Source: Chiloscyllium plagiosum
Taxonomy: Eukaryota
Length of the DNA: 28,313 nucleotides
Assembly: GCF_004010195.1 (NCBI RefSeq)
Contig: NC_057718.1
Span: 101,792,112-101,820,424 of the forward strand
Direction of reading: 5' to 3'
Shown here: positions 11,530-23,799 of the stretch, piece after piece
Position numbering within the stretch: the first letter of the stretch is position 1
Layout of the letters: every line of letters begins with the position of its first letter
The notes under the pieces: model-generated
The model's input: only the letters and a program-made list of their open reading frames with translations
Database searches by the model: none
Told to the model about the DNA's origin: nothing
Position numbers and translations under genes: made by a program

Positions 11530-13260
11530 ACCATACATAATTAATCTGTTTTTGTGGTTTGGTGGTTGTTTAAAGGCGAGAAGTGGAGGTGTGGGGAAGG
11601 TCTTGGTGAGGTGCTCATCCTCATTGATAATGTGTTGCAGGCTGCAAAGAACATGGCATAGATTTTCAGCTTCTGGGAAGTCCTGGACAACGAAGGGTAC
11701 AGCTCGTGTCTGTCTCCTGAGGAGCTCATTACGATTTCTCATTGTGACATGTTAGAACTGGCGATCGATAAGTTGAGCATAATACCCCGTTCTTATGAGG
11801 GCATCCTTGAGTACTTCCATGTGCCCATTACATTCCTCCTCGTCTGAACAGCTTCTGTGTATGCGTAGGGCTTGTCAATAGGGGATGGCTGTTTTAATAT
11901 GTTTCGGGTGGAAGTTGGAGAAGTGTAGCATCGTGAAGCTATTTGTGGGTTTGCGGTCGAGTGAGGTGCTGAGGTGCCCATCCTTGATGGAGATGCATGT
12001 GTCCAAGAAAAAGACAGATACTAGATAAGAGTCCATGGGGAGTTTAATGGTGGGATGAAACTCATTGATATCACTGTATAGCTGTTTCAGTGACTCCTCG
12101 CAATGGGCCCAGACGAAGAAAATGTTGTCAATATACCTGGTGTATAGTGTTGGTTGGAGGTCCTGCCTATAGAAGAAATCTTGTTCGAACATGTACATGA
12201 AAACGTTGGCATATTGGGGTACAGATTTGGTCCCCATGGCTGTTCCATGTGTCTGGATGAAGAACTGGTTGTCAAAGGTGAAGACGTTGTGATCAAGGAT
12301 AAAGCGGATGAGTTGTAGGATGGTGTCTGGAGATTGGCAGTTGTTGGTGTTGAGGACTGAGGCTATTGCTGCGATGCCGTCATTGTGGGGGATGCTGGTG
12401 TAGAGTGCTGAAACGTCCATTGTGATAAGGAAGGTTCCCGGTTCAACTGGTCCGTGGGTGCTGAATTTCTGTAAGAAATCTGTCGTGTTGTGACAGACGC
12501 TGGGGGTCCCCTGTACAATGGATTTCAAAATGTCTTTAACATAGCCAGAGAGGTTCTCTCAGTGTCCCAATGTCTGATACGATGGGATGTCCTGGTGCAT
12601 TAGCTTTGTGTATCTTCAGAAGGCAGTAGAAGTCGCCTATGTGAGAAGTACATGGGATGAGAGCACATAGGGAACTCTGAAGGACTGGATCCAAAGTCTT
12701 GATCAATGTGTTTAGTTCACGGGTGTGCTCTTTGATTGGATTGGCCAGTAGTTGCCTGTAGTGTTCCTGGTCGTTCAGTTGTCCGCACATTTCCTTGCAG
12801 TAATCTGTTCTATTCTGAATGATGATGGCTCCTCCTTTATCTGCTGGTTTGATGACAATGTTGTGAGTGGTTTGATAGTATGGATGGTGTGACTGACACA
12901 CACACACACACACCTCCCCCCCCCGCACCACCACCCCCAGAGCAGCGGCCCTCCGGTGGGAGGTAACCCTGTGATGACTGTTCTGGCTCCTTGGTGAGCT
13001 CATTGGGATCACTGCTGGCATCTTGAAAGAATTCCCGGAGTCTCATTCGTCTGATGAATTCCTCATTTTGGTAGTGGGGCAGAAATTGAGACCCCTGCTG
13101 AGAACTTCAATCTCTTCTGATTGAAGGGTGTGATGATAAAGTTTTCCACTGTGGTGCCAGGGCGGGCTTGGCTACTGCTAGTGGTGATGCCAAGTTTCTT
13201 GTTCTTGGTATGCATGTACGTAGTGTAGCTTTTGTCGCCTTGCCTGTTTGACAATGTCCC
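11530..13260 (-). mobile_element. Penelope-like element, second subfamily: N-terminal region and RT, disrupted, lacking GIY-YIG
   Basis: NIVIKPADKGGAIIIQ, FYCLLKIHK, motif A LITMDVSALYTSIPH, motif B HGTAMGT..PQYANVFM, motif C YTRYIDNI (DD>DN), thumb HPKHIKTAIPY. Multiple frameshifts. Confidence 0.92.
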
Positions 13261-13807
13261 ATGACTGTACTGCCGTATCCGGAATGCAGCCTGAGAGTGT
13301 GGACTCCATCTTAATTTTTTTGTGCTTGACTTTGCTTTTTTTGTTCCTAGTCCTACATTGAACCCATTCACATTATGGTCACTGTTTTCCAAATGGCCCC
13401 CAACTTTCAAAATGATAACTTTGTGATGCCAGACATAAATAAACCATTATTTTAACTGGTAAAGGAAGCAAATGGATATCAAAGTATTATTGAAATATTT
13501 TGTGTTTATAACTAACCAAATAATAATGATACACAATAATCACATTTAGATAAGCCACATAGTGATTGTGGCTTCAACTATGTTGAAGTATGAGACATGC
13601 AAGATTATCAAAACTGTACAGCTCACTGAATTCAAGAATCTAAGGAAGCTTGAGAACTAGTTTTCCTATCTGTACGAGTAGATCTTTTCTGATCTACTTT
13701 AATGAAACATACATAAAATAGCATAATGAGCTATAAAAAGTAGCTCCATCTGATTCAGTACCCGATGTAAAAGCACAACATTTTAAAATGGACATCAGGA
13801 AACAAAC

Positions 13808-13963
13808 CTTTCTTCAGCTATTGGAGTCATGATTGCTGGAGACCTTTGAGGACTAGCAGGACAACTGGTGTACGATGACTTCTCTTCACCAGCTCCACAG
13901 AACCTTAAGGCCACGTCATTTTCACAAATCTTTCGCTTGAGTTGCTGAATTTCTTGTTCTAGC
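13808..13963 (-). CDS. KIF16B: KIF16B internal coding exon (156 bp, phase 2 to 2)
   Basis: Minus strand tttctgctgtag|G CTA GAA CAA GAA ATT CAG CAA CTC AAG...GAA GAA AG|gtttgt. Encodes (R)LEQEIQQLKRKICENDVALRFCGAGEEKSSYTSCPASPQRSPAIMTPIAEE(R); the start matches recalled KIF16B RLEYEIQQLKQKIYE. Confidence 0.9.
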
Positions 13964-14351
13964 CTACAGCAGAAATTAGTCGTGAAATATACACATATGA
14001 CTGTACAAGGCAGCTTTCAGTCACATTAAACTCTGGTTTAACAGAACAAAAAGTACAAATACAAATAAACAGTATAATAATTGGTACGATAAAGACAAAA
14101 CGTCACAAATTAGTGGAAATGTTTTAGGTTAGAAAACTCTTGATGTAGATGGGGCCTTAGATATTGCTACCTTGATTTTAGCACATGGACTTGAAATAAG
14201 CTGAGACAAAGCATAAGAGTTTTGCAAGATCTGGCTGAAATTGAGTTTATCTAATCTCAATCTAGACCTTCCAGCTGCCCTCAGATTAACAATTTTACCT
14301 AAAAAAAAGATGATTGATGTGTGTAGTGATTTGGTCTTGACCTGCTTTAAG

Positions 14352-14515
14352 ACCATAAAATGGTAGCCATGATGTGGAGATGCCAGTGTTAGACTGGGGT
14401 GTACAAAGTCAGAAGTCACATGACATCAGATTATAGTCCATCAGGTTTACTTAAAGTAACAAGTTTTTGGACTGCTGCTCCTTCCTGATCTGCCTGGTGT
14501 TGTGTGACTTCTGAT
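14352..14515. mobile_element. PLE-terminus-like short repeat with an internal inverted repeat
   Basis: tcagaagtcacatgacatcag (14409-14429) versus ctggtgttgtgtgacttctga (14494-14514), 18/21 complementary. The family call comes from recalled shark repeats. Confidence 0.5.
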
Positions 14516-14517
14516 TA

Positions 14518-14790
14518 AGACATTAAGATGTAAGAGCAGAAACAGACCATTCAGTCCATTGATTCTGCTACACCACTCAATGATAATGAATGATTTAATA
14601 ATTCTCAATTCCACTTCCCTGCTCTTTCCCTATAACCCTCAAATCCCTTACTGATTAAAAATCTCTCAGCTTTAAATATACATAAATGACCCAAATGACA
14701 ACCCTCTGCATTAAAGAATTCCAAAGATTCACTACCATTCCTCACATTGGTCTTACAATGGCAACCTTGTATTCTGAAATTATGCCATCA
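14518..14790 (-). mobile_element. CR1 LINE 3' fragment
   Basis: Reverse complement of the type at 19893-20173 (cccttactgattaaaaatctctcag..., gagcagaaacagaccattcagtcca). Confidence 0.7.
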
Positions 14791-15170
14791 GGGCTCTATA
14801 TAAAGTTCAATAATTTTACAGCCTGAACACCTCCTTACATGTCCTCTACCCTCACCTTTTCACGACAGGGCTGCTTTCAGCATACCCAATCCATTTGTAT
14901 CTTTGCATTATCCCCATTATCAGCTTTGCTCCTTCGGTGGCTTACTATTAGCCATCTCTGTCTGCTTGTGTGTGTCTCTCTCTCTCTCTCTGGCACCAGC
15001 TCCATCTATCTGCTTACTACATGCCCTCCAAATCCCTGGTCATCAGCATTAATATCACCTTTTCCGAGCTATCAGCTCTGAAAGATCACTTGATTTGAAA
15101 CATTAATTCTATTTTCTCTTCAGTTGATGCCAGACCTTCAGAGTTCTTCCAGCAATTTCTATTTTTGAAA
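14791..15170 (+). mobile_element. Old PLE 3' end / pseudo-LTR remnant
   Basis: Ends ...gaaacattaattctattttctcttcagttgatgccagacc...ccagcaatttctatttttg, homologous to 6431-6505 and 8156-8230. Confidence 0.5.
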
Positions 15171-16599
15171 TTATTTAATCCTAAACCTTTTACACCACTA
15201 TTATTAAATGGTTCCTTTCCCATATCAGAGTAGGGAGGTAACACTTTATTTCATTCAATTTGGGGGAAGACTTTAGTCAAGACAAACACTGGAAAACATG
15301 TTTGCACATGAACCATGTTTGATCAGGCTAACTACTTTGTATGATTGCTCAGAGGTCTGAACCTTTGAACTGGCAATCTTACGAATCTGACATTCTATCT
15401 CTTATAAGAAAGTGAGAAAGAGGGCCCTAACAGGCATTGGGAAGTTCTAAAACATGATGCTATATCCTAGCTTTGTTGTGAAATTGAGCCTTTGTATGTA
15501 ATGTCTCACCTTTTGCCTAGAACCTACTGTAAGAAATTAGTTATTTCACTCATGTAATACATGTGAAATAAATTAATTTGTTGGTTTAAAGTTGGGCCTT
15601 AGCCTGGCAAGCTGCTTTTCGGCTTCCACAAACAAAGGATAACACATGTGATGCTTTGTAGGACCGAGAGTTCTGTTAAGTTCATGTTATCATGTTATAA
15701 TCAAACCGGATATTGGCCAGTTTAAAAAAGGTGCATTTGGATGGTAAAGGATACATGGTATTTTCATCAATAAGAATTTAGTCTCTAGACAACATTCAGA
15801 ACCCAGGAAGAAAAATTAGTTTTTCTTATCAGTGATTACACGAAGTTAGTTTTCCTAAGTTTAGATCTAAAAGCTTCCATCTCTATGTTATCAAAGCACT
15901 TTCAATTGAAGGAAATTTTCTAACCATTTCAATGTAGAAAATGGGCAAATGGCACATTGATAGGACTGCTTTTCTAAAGTGAAGGTTAATGTTATTTTTA
16001 AATGGGGTGTCAGTAGTTCTGGTTAGGCCAACATTTATTGCCCAGTCCTAACCTCCTCAGGCAAATTAAGAGTCAATCACATTGTTGTGGGTCTGGAGTC
16101 ACATGCAAGAACGGCAGTTTTCTTCCCTAAAAGGACATTAGTGAACCAGATGGGCTTGGGTACACTATAATATTGATTGGTATTGTCAGACGTTTGTTCT
16201 CGATTACTTAGTGCTGTGGTTAGTGCTTAAATTGAAAAATTGTTCCATTTATTTCAAAGATCGAAACTATGAATTTACAAATCAGGATGCATGTCTGAAT
16301 TCCAATATGCACACCTGGCTTGGGAAGAACTTTATTAAATTGTTAAAGGCAAACATTTCCTTCTATCCTATAACTTTAGGATGTAACAACAAACAATTTG
16401 CTGATGCTGTTTCTCCTTCAATAACAAAAATGAAATTCCATCAAATTAAATCTCTAAGTCAGTTGGAGGGATACAACTGACAACATTTTAATGAACAAAG
16501 CTCATTGTCAGATAGCAATAGCTGTCAGAATAGAGAAAACTGGAAGTTTTCGAAAATCTAAAATGAAATATAAACTTAGATTAGAAGCATTCGAGTCTT

Positions 16600-16918
16600 G
16601 TGATAGATTTTTCGCTCTGCCCAGAGGTTTGTCATTGGATAGATTTGGGTATACACATAACCACCATCTATCTACAGTTTGGCTTTGTATTGCCCACACA
16701 GGTGGGGGCCTCTCAAAGTTATGTGATCATTGGCACAAACAACCAATCAGAACCTCAACTTGTCTGCACCCAATACCCGCATACAGACACTTTCCAGCAA
16801 GAATCACCCAGCAATAAGCACAATCCCTGGCTGATTTCCAACCTGCCACATGAATACCAATAGTAGGTACCGCTACTCCAGCTAAGATCAGCAAAACTCT
16901 GCATAGATCAGGGACTTC
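16600..16918 (-). mobile_element. Possible old tRNA-derived SINE
   Basis: Minus strand gtccctgatctatgcagagttttgctgatcttagctgg resembles the post-B-box body of vertebrate tRNA-SINEs. The head is truncated. Confidence 0.3.
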
Positions 16919-16983
16919 ACACTACATATCGTTATTACTACAGGTTTTCACAGTTTATGCTTTGAAAAGAAAAGCTCTATCAC

Positions 16984-18387
16984 CTTTCTCGGTCTTGTTC
17001 TAGGGCTTTGTGCTCTGCTTCCAGACTATCTCGAAGATCTGTTTCTTCACAGTCATTTAGTGTTGCTAGTTTTTGTCTCTGTTCCTCAATCTCTAAGTCA
17101 ATGGCAGAATGACGCTGAAGAGCAGAGTGCCTCTTCTCTATTTTAGCTACTGCTTGCTCCAATGCCTCTCTCTGTTGCTTTTCTCTTGATTCAATGATCT
17201 CTTTTTCAATCATACGAACCTTTTCCTCTTGTCGAGCTATATTAGCAGTAAATTCATATGTTTGTTGGAGCTGCTGAAGTTGATCAGTGCTGGCTCTGTA
17301 CTGTGCTATCTGCTCCTTTTTTTCTTCAATTTCTTTCTCCGTCTCATAAAGTACAACATCCAAACTAGGCACACCTCGGTCGAGGATTTCTGCAGCTCTC
17401 TGCTTTTCCTCCAACAGAGCAGGCAAATGGTTTTCCATTAAATAATCTAGCTGCCGTGCCTTATTCACCATTCGTTGTTCAACCTCTTTCTGCTTCTCCA
17501 CTGCTTCGAGCAACTCAACTGAATCTAAAGCATGACTTCCACCATCTTCCAGGCTGCCATTTATGGATTTCTGATGTGCATGCCTTAATTGCTCAAGAGC
17601 TTCACGGTCAAGAGTGATTTCCTTTTCCAGGAGGTTTTTTTGATAAGAAACATTGTGTTCCAAAGCTGTGAACTTTTCCAATTGTGTTCTTTTCAGATCC
17701 ATGTATCTTTCCTTCGCTCCCTGGACATCTTCAGTTTCCTCACTTCCGTCAGGTCTAGTATCTTCTTCAACAGTAGATCTAGGTTCGTCACCTCCGGCAG
17801 GTCTAGCTTCTTTGGCTTTGAGGAGAACTTCCCTAATTTCCTCGAGGATATTCTTTTCTTCATCCAGGCTCTGCACATCACCTCGTTTGAGCAGTTGGAT
17901 AGTTTCCTGTTTTTCTCTGACCTGCTCCCCCAGACGCGTGACGAGAATCAGTTGATGTTTTGATTCCTCTTCAAGTCTTCTCTTCTCCAATTCTAGCTTC
18001 TGGCTATGCTTATCCTTTTCTCTTTTGAGTTTCTCTAGCTCTCTGAGAATTTCCAGTTTACCTGCATTCTCTTGCTCGTGAAGTTCCTGCAATACCTGTA
18101 ATTCTTTTTGGACTCGTAGGTAAATTTCTTCTTCCTGCTTTTTCTTTTGCAGCTCAATTTCTTCTTGTTCTCTTTGCCGCTCTTCCTCAAACTTCTCTTT
18201 CTCAGCCTTTAAGTCTTTAAGCCTGCTTTCAATGTCCAGATTTCGACGTTTCAGATTTTCTTCTTGTTTTCGGATGCGAAGCTTGACAATTTCAGTCTCC
18301 TTGCGTTGCGTCTCTACTTCCTGCTGCAACCTCTCGAGTTCTGACTTTTCTGATTGTTGTTTTTCTTCCATTTCTTCTATCAGTCTC
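16984..18387 (-). CDS. KIF16B: KIF16B large coiled-coil stalk exon (1404 bp, phase 2 to 2)
   Basis: Inside ORF 16980..18509. Acceptor tattttag|G AGA CTG ATA GAA; donor GAC CGA GAA AG|gtgata. Peptide RLIEEMEEKQQSEKSELERLQQEVETQRKETEIV...NHLPALLEEKQRA...EFTANIARQEEKVR...HSALQRHS...LEQDRE matches KIF16B stalk motifs. Confidence 0.96.
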
Positions 18388-19059
18388 CTAAAATATGTAG
18401 TTGAAACAAAAAAACATTTAAAACAGTGAAATTTTACAAAATTTAACATTTCACAGTGTAACCAATAAAGTAAGGTGTTCAATAACTTGGTGCTAATATT
18501 AAATTGCAATATAACCTAAGTTTTTCTCTTTTGATTCTTGCATTTGATCTAATTTTTTTTCCATAAGTTACTCAAATATAAAGAGCACTCAGATTTATTT
18601 TAAGAGACATCAGAATGTTTCGTTTAGTTGTGTCAGAGGCTCATGGAGTTGGCCAGCATTTGTTGCCCATCCTTAAGTGCCTTGTGGTGGTGTAGAGCTC
18701 CTTCTTCAACTGCTGCAGTCTGCATACAGTGAGAGGAGACCCACAATACTGTTCGAGAGAGAGTTTTAAGTTTATTTTTGTTGGGACGGGGGCACCATTG
18801 TATGTTGTGGAGCTTCCAATCACCAGAAACAAATGGAATCATTGAATGCTTATGGCAAAGGAGGTGGTCATTCAAGTGGTGTTCATGTCATTCTTTGCAA
18901 CAGCAACCTAACATTGTCCATTGTCACAGAGTTTACTTGGATTTCTCTTTGACAACTACGTAATTGGAAACTGCTTTTGATCAAAGATAATGTTGATGCT
19001 ATTTGACTATATTACAATTTTCTAAATGTCCTGCTATATTCTTAACAATTGTCTCAAGC

Positions 19060-19800
19060 ATTATTCCAATGGCAGATATTAAGCTAACTGGTCTAGAGTT
19101 TCCTGCTTTCTGACCCCAATCCCTCTCCTTTTTCGAACAGTGCTGTTATATTTTCAGTTTCCCAATCTGTTAGGACTTCTCCAGAATCTGGGAGAATTCT
19201 GGATTATTACAACCTACATTCCCTACAAGCTGCGTGCTGTACAGCCACTGGAAGACTTACACACACCAATCAGCATGCATATGAATAGATTCCATTTCTG
19301 GGAAGTGCGGCGGTGCATGGATCTCAGAAGACTATGCAGCAGCATAAGAAAGTAACACTGATTCAATCAACATATCCATCATCTCGGTATGTACTTCTTT
19401 CAAAACCTGGGTTTTCAGGTCATCAGGTCCAGAGGACTTATCAGCCTGGAGTGTTAACATTCCTGTTACTTTGTCTTTAGTGAGAGCAAATTATTTAAGT
19501 GCCAGCTTTCTTTTTCAACATCCTTCTGATGTTTTGTGTCTTCTATTATGAAGACCATTACAAAATATTTATTTAAAGGACCTGCCATTTCTCTATTTTT
19601 CATTATTGTTTGATCCTCTAAAGGGCCAACATGCACTTTAGCTACTCTTTTCCTCATCATACATGTGGGAGCTTTTACTGTCTGGTTTCTTATTGCTTTC
19701 TCTCATTCTCAAATTTCTCCCTTTATTTCCCCTCCTCCCAGTTTCTAAAATTTTTCAATCTTCTGGTCGACAACAAAATCTACATCTCTTGTAAATCTTC
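19060..19800 (-). mobile_element. Diverged CR1 LINE internal fragment
   Basis: Peptide RKRVAKVHVGPLEDQTIMKNREMAGPLNKYFVMVFIIED, the same region as 2136-2284. Confidence 0.65.
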
Positions 19801-19892
19801 TCTTTTCTAAAGGGTGTCCCTTCACTCCGAAGCTTGTACATTCAGGTCTTAGCCTCTCCTACTAGTAGAAACATCTTCTCCACGTCCAGGGC

Positions 19893-20173
19893 GGCCTGTT
19901 GAAACTTACAAAATACTTAGAACAGAGATGGGGAGGAATTTCTTTCAGTCAGATGGTGATGAATCAGTGACACTCGTTGCTGCAGAGAGCTGTGGAAGCC
20001 AAGTCATTGAGTGTTTTTAAGACAGAGATAGATAGGTTTTTGATTAGTAATGGGATCAAGCGTATAGGGAGAAGGCAGGAGAATGGGGTTGAGAAACATA
20101 TCAGCCATGAACAAATAATGAAGTAGGTTTGATGGGCCGAATGATCTGATTCTGCTCCTATATCTATGGTCTT
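19893..20173 (+). mobile_element. CR1 LINE 3' end with an internal deletion
   Basis: gctgtggaagccaagtcattgagtgtttttaagacagagatagatagg...gatgggccgaatgatctgattctgctcctatatctatggtctt. Confidence 0.8.
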
Positions 20174-20663
20174 TAAATTACCCACCATCCTTGACTTCCA
20201 CAGTTAGCACAGCAGATCCTTCTCAGCACACCCTTCTCAGAGTACTTTCATAAATCACAGAGTCAATACAAAATGGTCCATCATTTTTGCAGGACAATTA
20301 GGAAGAGCCAACAAATGCAGTCTTGTGGAATCACCCTTAAAACAAATCTGTTTCACCCTGTTTATTGTCTGTAATAGCTTATCAACAACTTAAGTCTTTC
20401 ATGAAGTAGTTCAATATTTTGACATGCCTTCAGGGAAAGTTGAGCTGAAGTGAAGAATACGTTAACATTTCAGTTAATAGGATTTAGATTTTGAAAGAAA
20501 TGACAACCAATTAATAATGCACATTTTGAAATAGTTACATTGCCAAGACATCAGTATGCGATAAGAATGTGCCAGTCCATGGGAGACCATAGAGGCAGTT
20601 TATCACAATGGGCTTTATGCTTTGCCTTCTGTGCTGTAGCAGTTCTGAGATTCTGGTTCTTAC

Positions 20664-20717
20664 CTCTTATTTTCCAGCTTTTCTAGCTCTTCTCTTTGTT
20701 GTCTCTCAAATTCTAGC
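20664..20717 (-). CDS. KIF16B: KIF16B internal coding exon (54 bp, phase 2 to 2)
   Basis: Minus strand ctttctttag|G CTA GAA TTT GAG...AAT AAG AG|gtaaga. Encodes (G)LEFERQQREELEKLENK(R). Too short for the ORF track; joins both neighbours in frame. Confidence 0.93.
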
Positions 20718-21341
20718 CTAAAGAAAGTTCAGAAAGATTAATAGAGGTATTCACATATCAACATACAGCAAATAAAAGGATAAATAAGAGAATATTTCAT
20801 TCAGATGATGCAAACATTGATGTATGAAATAAAGTTTATCTTTTCGCACACTGACATTGACTATACCTACTGATCACCTTACCCAACAAAAAATGCCCAA
20901 CCCAATGGAGTTATCTACCAGAAGGGGCTCCATTTCTACCTGTATACCCACACCGACATTTTATTTTCCCATCACCATTACAAGTCTGGAGCAATTATTT
21001 TTACATGACACTGATCTACATAGAATTGTAAAACGTTTTAACACTACCTTTGGAAAATAGAATCGATCTGGTTCAGTTCACACCCAATTCCATTCCTAAG
21101 CCTGCAGGTGCTCTTTTTGATCATGAGATGTATTTCAATCCACCAAGACTGCTTTTTCTCACCTATGGTACACTGTCATTTATTCCCAAGTCTAAAATTC
21201 CTTCAATGCTCAAACCTTACTCTTTCCCTTCATTAGCTCAATAATCTTTTTTCCTTCCCTCCCCCAAATTTTCTAATCAGTAGCTTTGTGCTCTTGAATC
21301 TAAAGTCTTTCACCCAGGATGACTGTAGCACAAAGGACCAT

Positions 21342-21656
21342 TTAGAATAGATTACTTACAGTGTGGAAACAGGCCCTTCGGCCCAACAAGTCCACTCTGA
21401 CCCTCCGAAGAGCAACCCACCCAGACCCATTCCCCTACATTTACCCCTTCACCTAACACTACAGGCAATTTAGCATGGCCAATTCACCTAACCTGCACAT
21501 TTTTGGACTGTGGGAGGAAACCGGAGCAGCCGGAGGAAACCCATGCAGACACAGGGAGAATGTGCAAACTTCACACAGTTGCCTGAAGCGGGAATTGAAC
21601 CCGGGTCTCTGGCACTGTGAGGGAGCAGTGCTAACCACTGTGCCACTGTGCCGCCC
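21342..21656 (-). mobile_element. HE1-type V-SINE (tRNA head, V domain, CR1-derived tail), near full length
   Basis: Minus strand GGGCGGCACAGTGGCACAGTGGTTAGCAC (A box), GGTTCAATTCC (B box), V domain gtttgcacattctccc...tccggtttcctcccacagtccaaa. The tail gggccgaagggcctgtt is identical to the LINE end at about 3558-3574. Confidence 0.92.
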
Positions 21657-21699
21657 ATAAAGATCCAGCAGATCACAAATGGCACTGACCTTCAATAGC

Positions 21700-22050
21700 T
21701 CTGAGCCAATCAGCTTCAAATTCTGGTTCTCATTCACAAATCCCTCACGGCCTCATCCTACCCTGCTCAGAAAATTTTATCCAGCTACACAAGAAAGCCT
21801 CTATGGTCCTTTGCTCCAAATCGTGTCTGCAGATTTCCCTCTTCACCACACCCACCGGAGGATGATTCTTCAGCCTTTGCATCCCTGTTGTTCAAAATAC
21901 TTCTACAAAATCTACTTCACTTCCCTACCTTTTGCCTGAAAAGCTAGCTTTTGGACTATGCCTTTTGTTTTCTGCTGCTTCTCCATTACTTTGTTTTCTC
22001 ACCAACTTCTGTCTGACCTATTCTTGTAAGGCAACTTGAGAATTTTTTGG
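21700..22050 (+). mobile_element. Old L2-like LINE 3' remnant
   Basis: ttcaaattctggttctcattcacaaatccctcacggcctc (FKILVLIHKSLHGL-like) resembles the L2 ORF2 C-terminus. Heavily decayed. Confidence 0.45.
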
Positions 22051-22869
22051 AAGAGGAGAAATGAGAGTTGTTCCTTAAAATATTGCTACAAGACTGTATT
22101 ATAAGTAGTGCTCCAATGATGTCAGGATAATTCCAGGTGTGAACTATATTTCATATCCAAATTAGTGCATTTGACAGCATAAGGGAAAGAAATTTGCAAA
22201 ACATGCCCAAAATATTTTTAGCAAGCTAATTTCATGCAGACATCACAATCAATAAATTCAAATGGCGTATTACTACCTTAGGCAAATGGGTCCCTTTATA
22301 GTGAAAAGACTGCCATGGGAAGTGCATTGAAAGCAAAAAGGATTAATTAAGAGAAGATCAAATTTATCAGATTTCATTTGTAAAACAACTCATATCTGGT
22401 ATCCTACTGAACACAAAGGACTCTTTCCACCAAAGTAACACAACTATATAATGAAGTAAAACTTTAATTAACATTAACTTGACCTTTAAGATGGGAAAAA
22501 AATTGTGGTTATAAAGTACATTTCATGAGCAACAGCACATTGAGGTTTGGCTATTGGATTTTGTGGGTCAACATTGGTCCATTACTGTACTATATCAATC
22601 GCAGGAACTGATACTTTAATACAGAATGCTCTTATATTATGACAGTACATGTCTCTTAATCTCTGGCCTGTTTATGTAACCACAGTTGCTTTTCTGTCAA
22701 TTAAGCATATGCAATTTGATGTCATCCATTCAGAGTCTCTTTTTCCCCTCTTTTGTCCCTCGTCAATAAATTTTGGGCATTCCTTCCATCCCTGTCACAC
22801 ATTCAATTTCCCGATTGATGGCTATAGCTACTCACTACATGAACTAGACTTTTTGTAGTTGCACTGGAA

Positions 22870-23370
22870 CCTGAGCTACGCTCCTAACCCCACATGCTCT
22901 CCAGCACTAAAACTACTCCTCTGTCATACTGCACCACTCTGCTCCAGCCTCTTATCTGGCAGTGAAACCTCCAAGCACTTTCCTGGTTGGTCTCCAACCT
23001 AGCACGCTCAATAAAATTGGACACTTCAGAAATTGTTGCTTATCCCCCTAATTCGCACCAAGAACCACTCACACCAAGAACCACCCCTCTTTTTGTTCAA
23101 ATAGAAGCCTAAAACGGCAACTCGTTAATTTTAAAGTTTTCACTTTTGTTTCAATTTCTCCATGACCTTGTGCATCTCTATTCTGTATTCCCCCCCAGCT
23201 CCCCAACATGCTTAATACCTGCAATTGTCTAATTGTGGCCTCTTGAGCATCACTGACCCTCCACCATGGTGGTGGTGTTCTCAGCTGCCAACACATCAAG
23301 CTCTGGAATTTGCTTCCAGCTTTACTTCTTTGTCTCTCCTCCTTTAGGATGCTCCTTACATTGTCCTAAT
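22870..23370 (+). mobile_element. Old L2-like LINE 3' remnant
   Basis: aattttaaagttttcacttttgtttcaatttctccatgaccttg and ttctcagctgcc...aagctctggaatt resemble L2 C-terminal motifs. Related to 21700-22050. Confidence 0.45.
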
Positions 23371-23606
23371 AGCTCAGTTTCAAGCTCGGCAAAGGGTCTT
23401 GAATAGTCTTTATTACAAAAGAATAACAATGCAAGTGGTCATTGCAAATAATAAGTATGGAGGACAAAAATTTGCAAAATCTCACTAAATTGGTATTTGA
23501 AATTGTGAATAAACAAAAGACAGCAAAATCTAATATTACTCATTAGGAACAAAAGTTCAGTAAGCCACTCTTGTATCAACAGATCTTGGTTGCCTCTTTT
23601 GCTTAC

Positions 23607-23695
23607 CCTGGATTGTAGAGCATGACGGCGGAAAGATTTTCACAGGATTTAGAAAGGTCAGTCATAGACAAACTGAAGGTAGACAGCAGTCCACT
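23607..23695 (-). CDS. KIF16B: KIF16B internal coding exon (89 bp, phase 0 to 2), just after the FHA domain
   Basis: Minus strand ttttacag|AGT GGA...AAT CCA GG|gtaagc. Encodes SGLLSTFSLSMTDLSKSCENLSAVMLYNP(G), closely matching the vertebrate KIF16B segment I recall (SGLLSSFSLSMTDLSKSRENLSAVMLYNPG). Phase fits the next exon. Confidence 0.93.
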
Positions 23696-23799
23696 CTGTA
23701 AAAGTGCAAAGCAAATAAAACTGAAGTAGCACAGATGGGTAAAGTTAGTGATCTTCAACTCAAAATGAACATTTTCAATACAAATCAAGATGACTTAAG

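Noticed and set aside
17229..18429. Several plus-strand ORFs overlapping the large exon
   Set aside because: Ser/Phe/Leu-rich antisense frames expected opposite Glu/Lys/Gln-rich codons.
18388..18509. N-terminal extension of the 509-aa ORF (MQFNIST...TTYF), suggesting a single-exon gene
   Set aside because: Intronic read-through. A canonical acceptor precedes 18387 and the upstream 54-bp exon joins in frame.
21585..21656. tRNA gene
   Set aside because: The A and B boxes continue into a V domain and LINE tail, so this is a SINE head.
23056..23085. Short tandem duplication of caccaagaaccac
   Set aside because: Ordinary slippage within an old LINE remnant.
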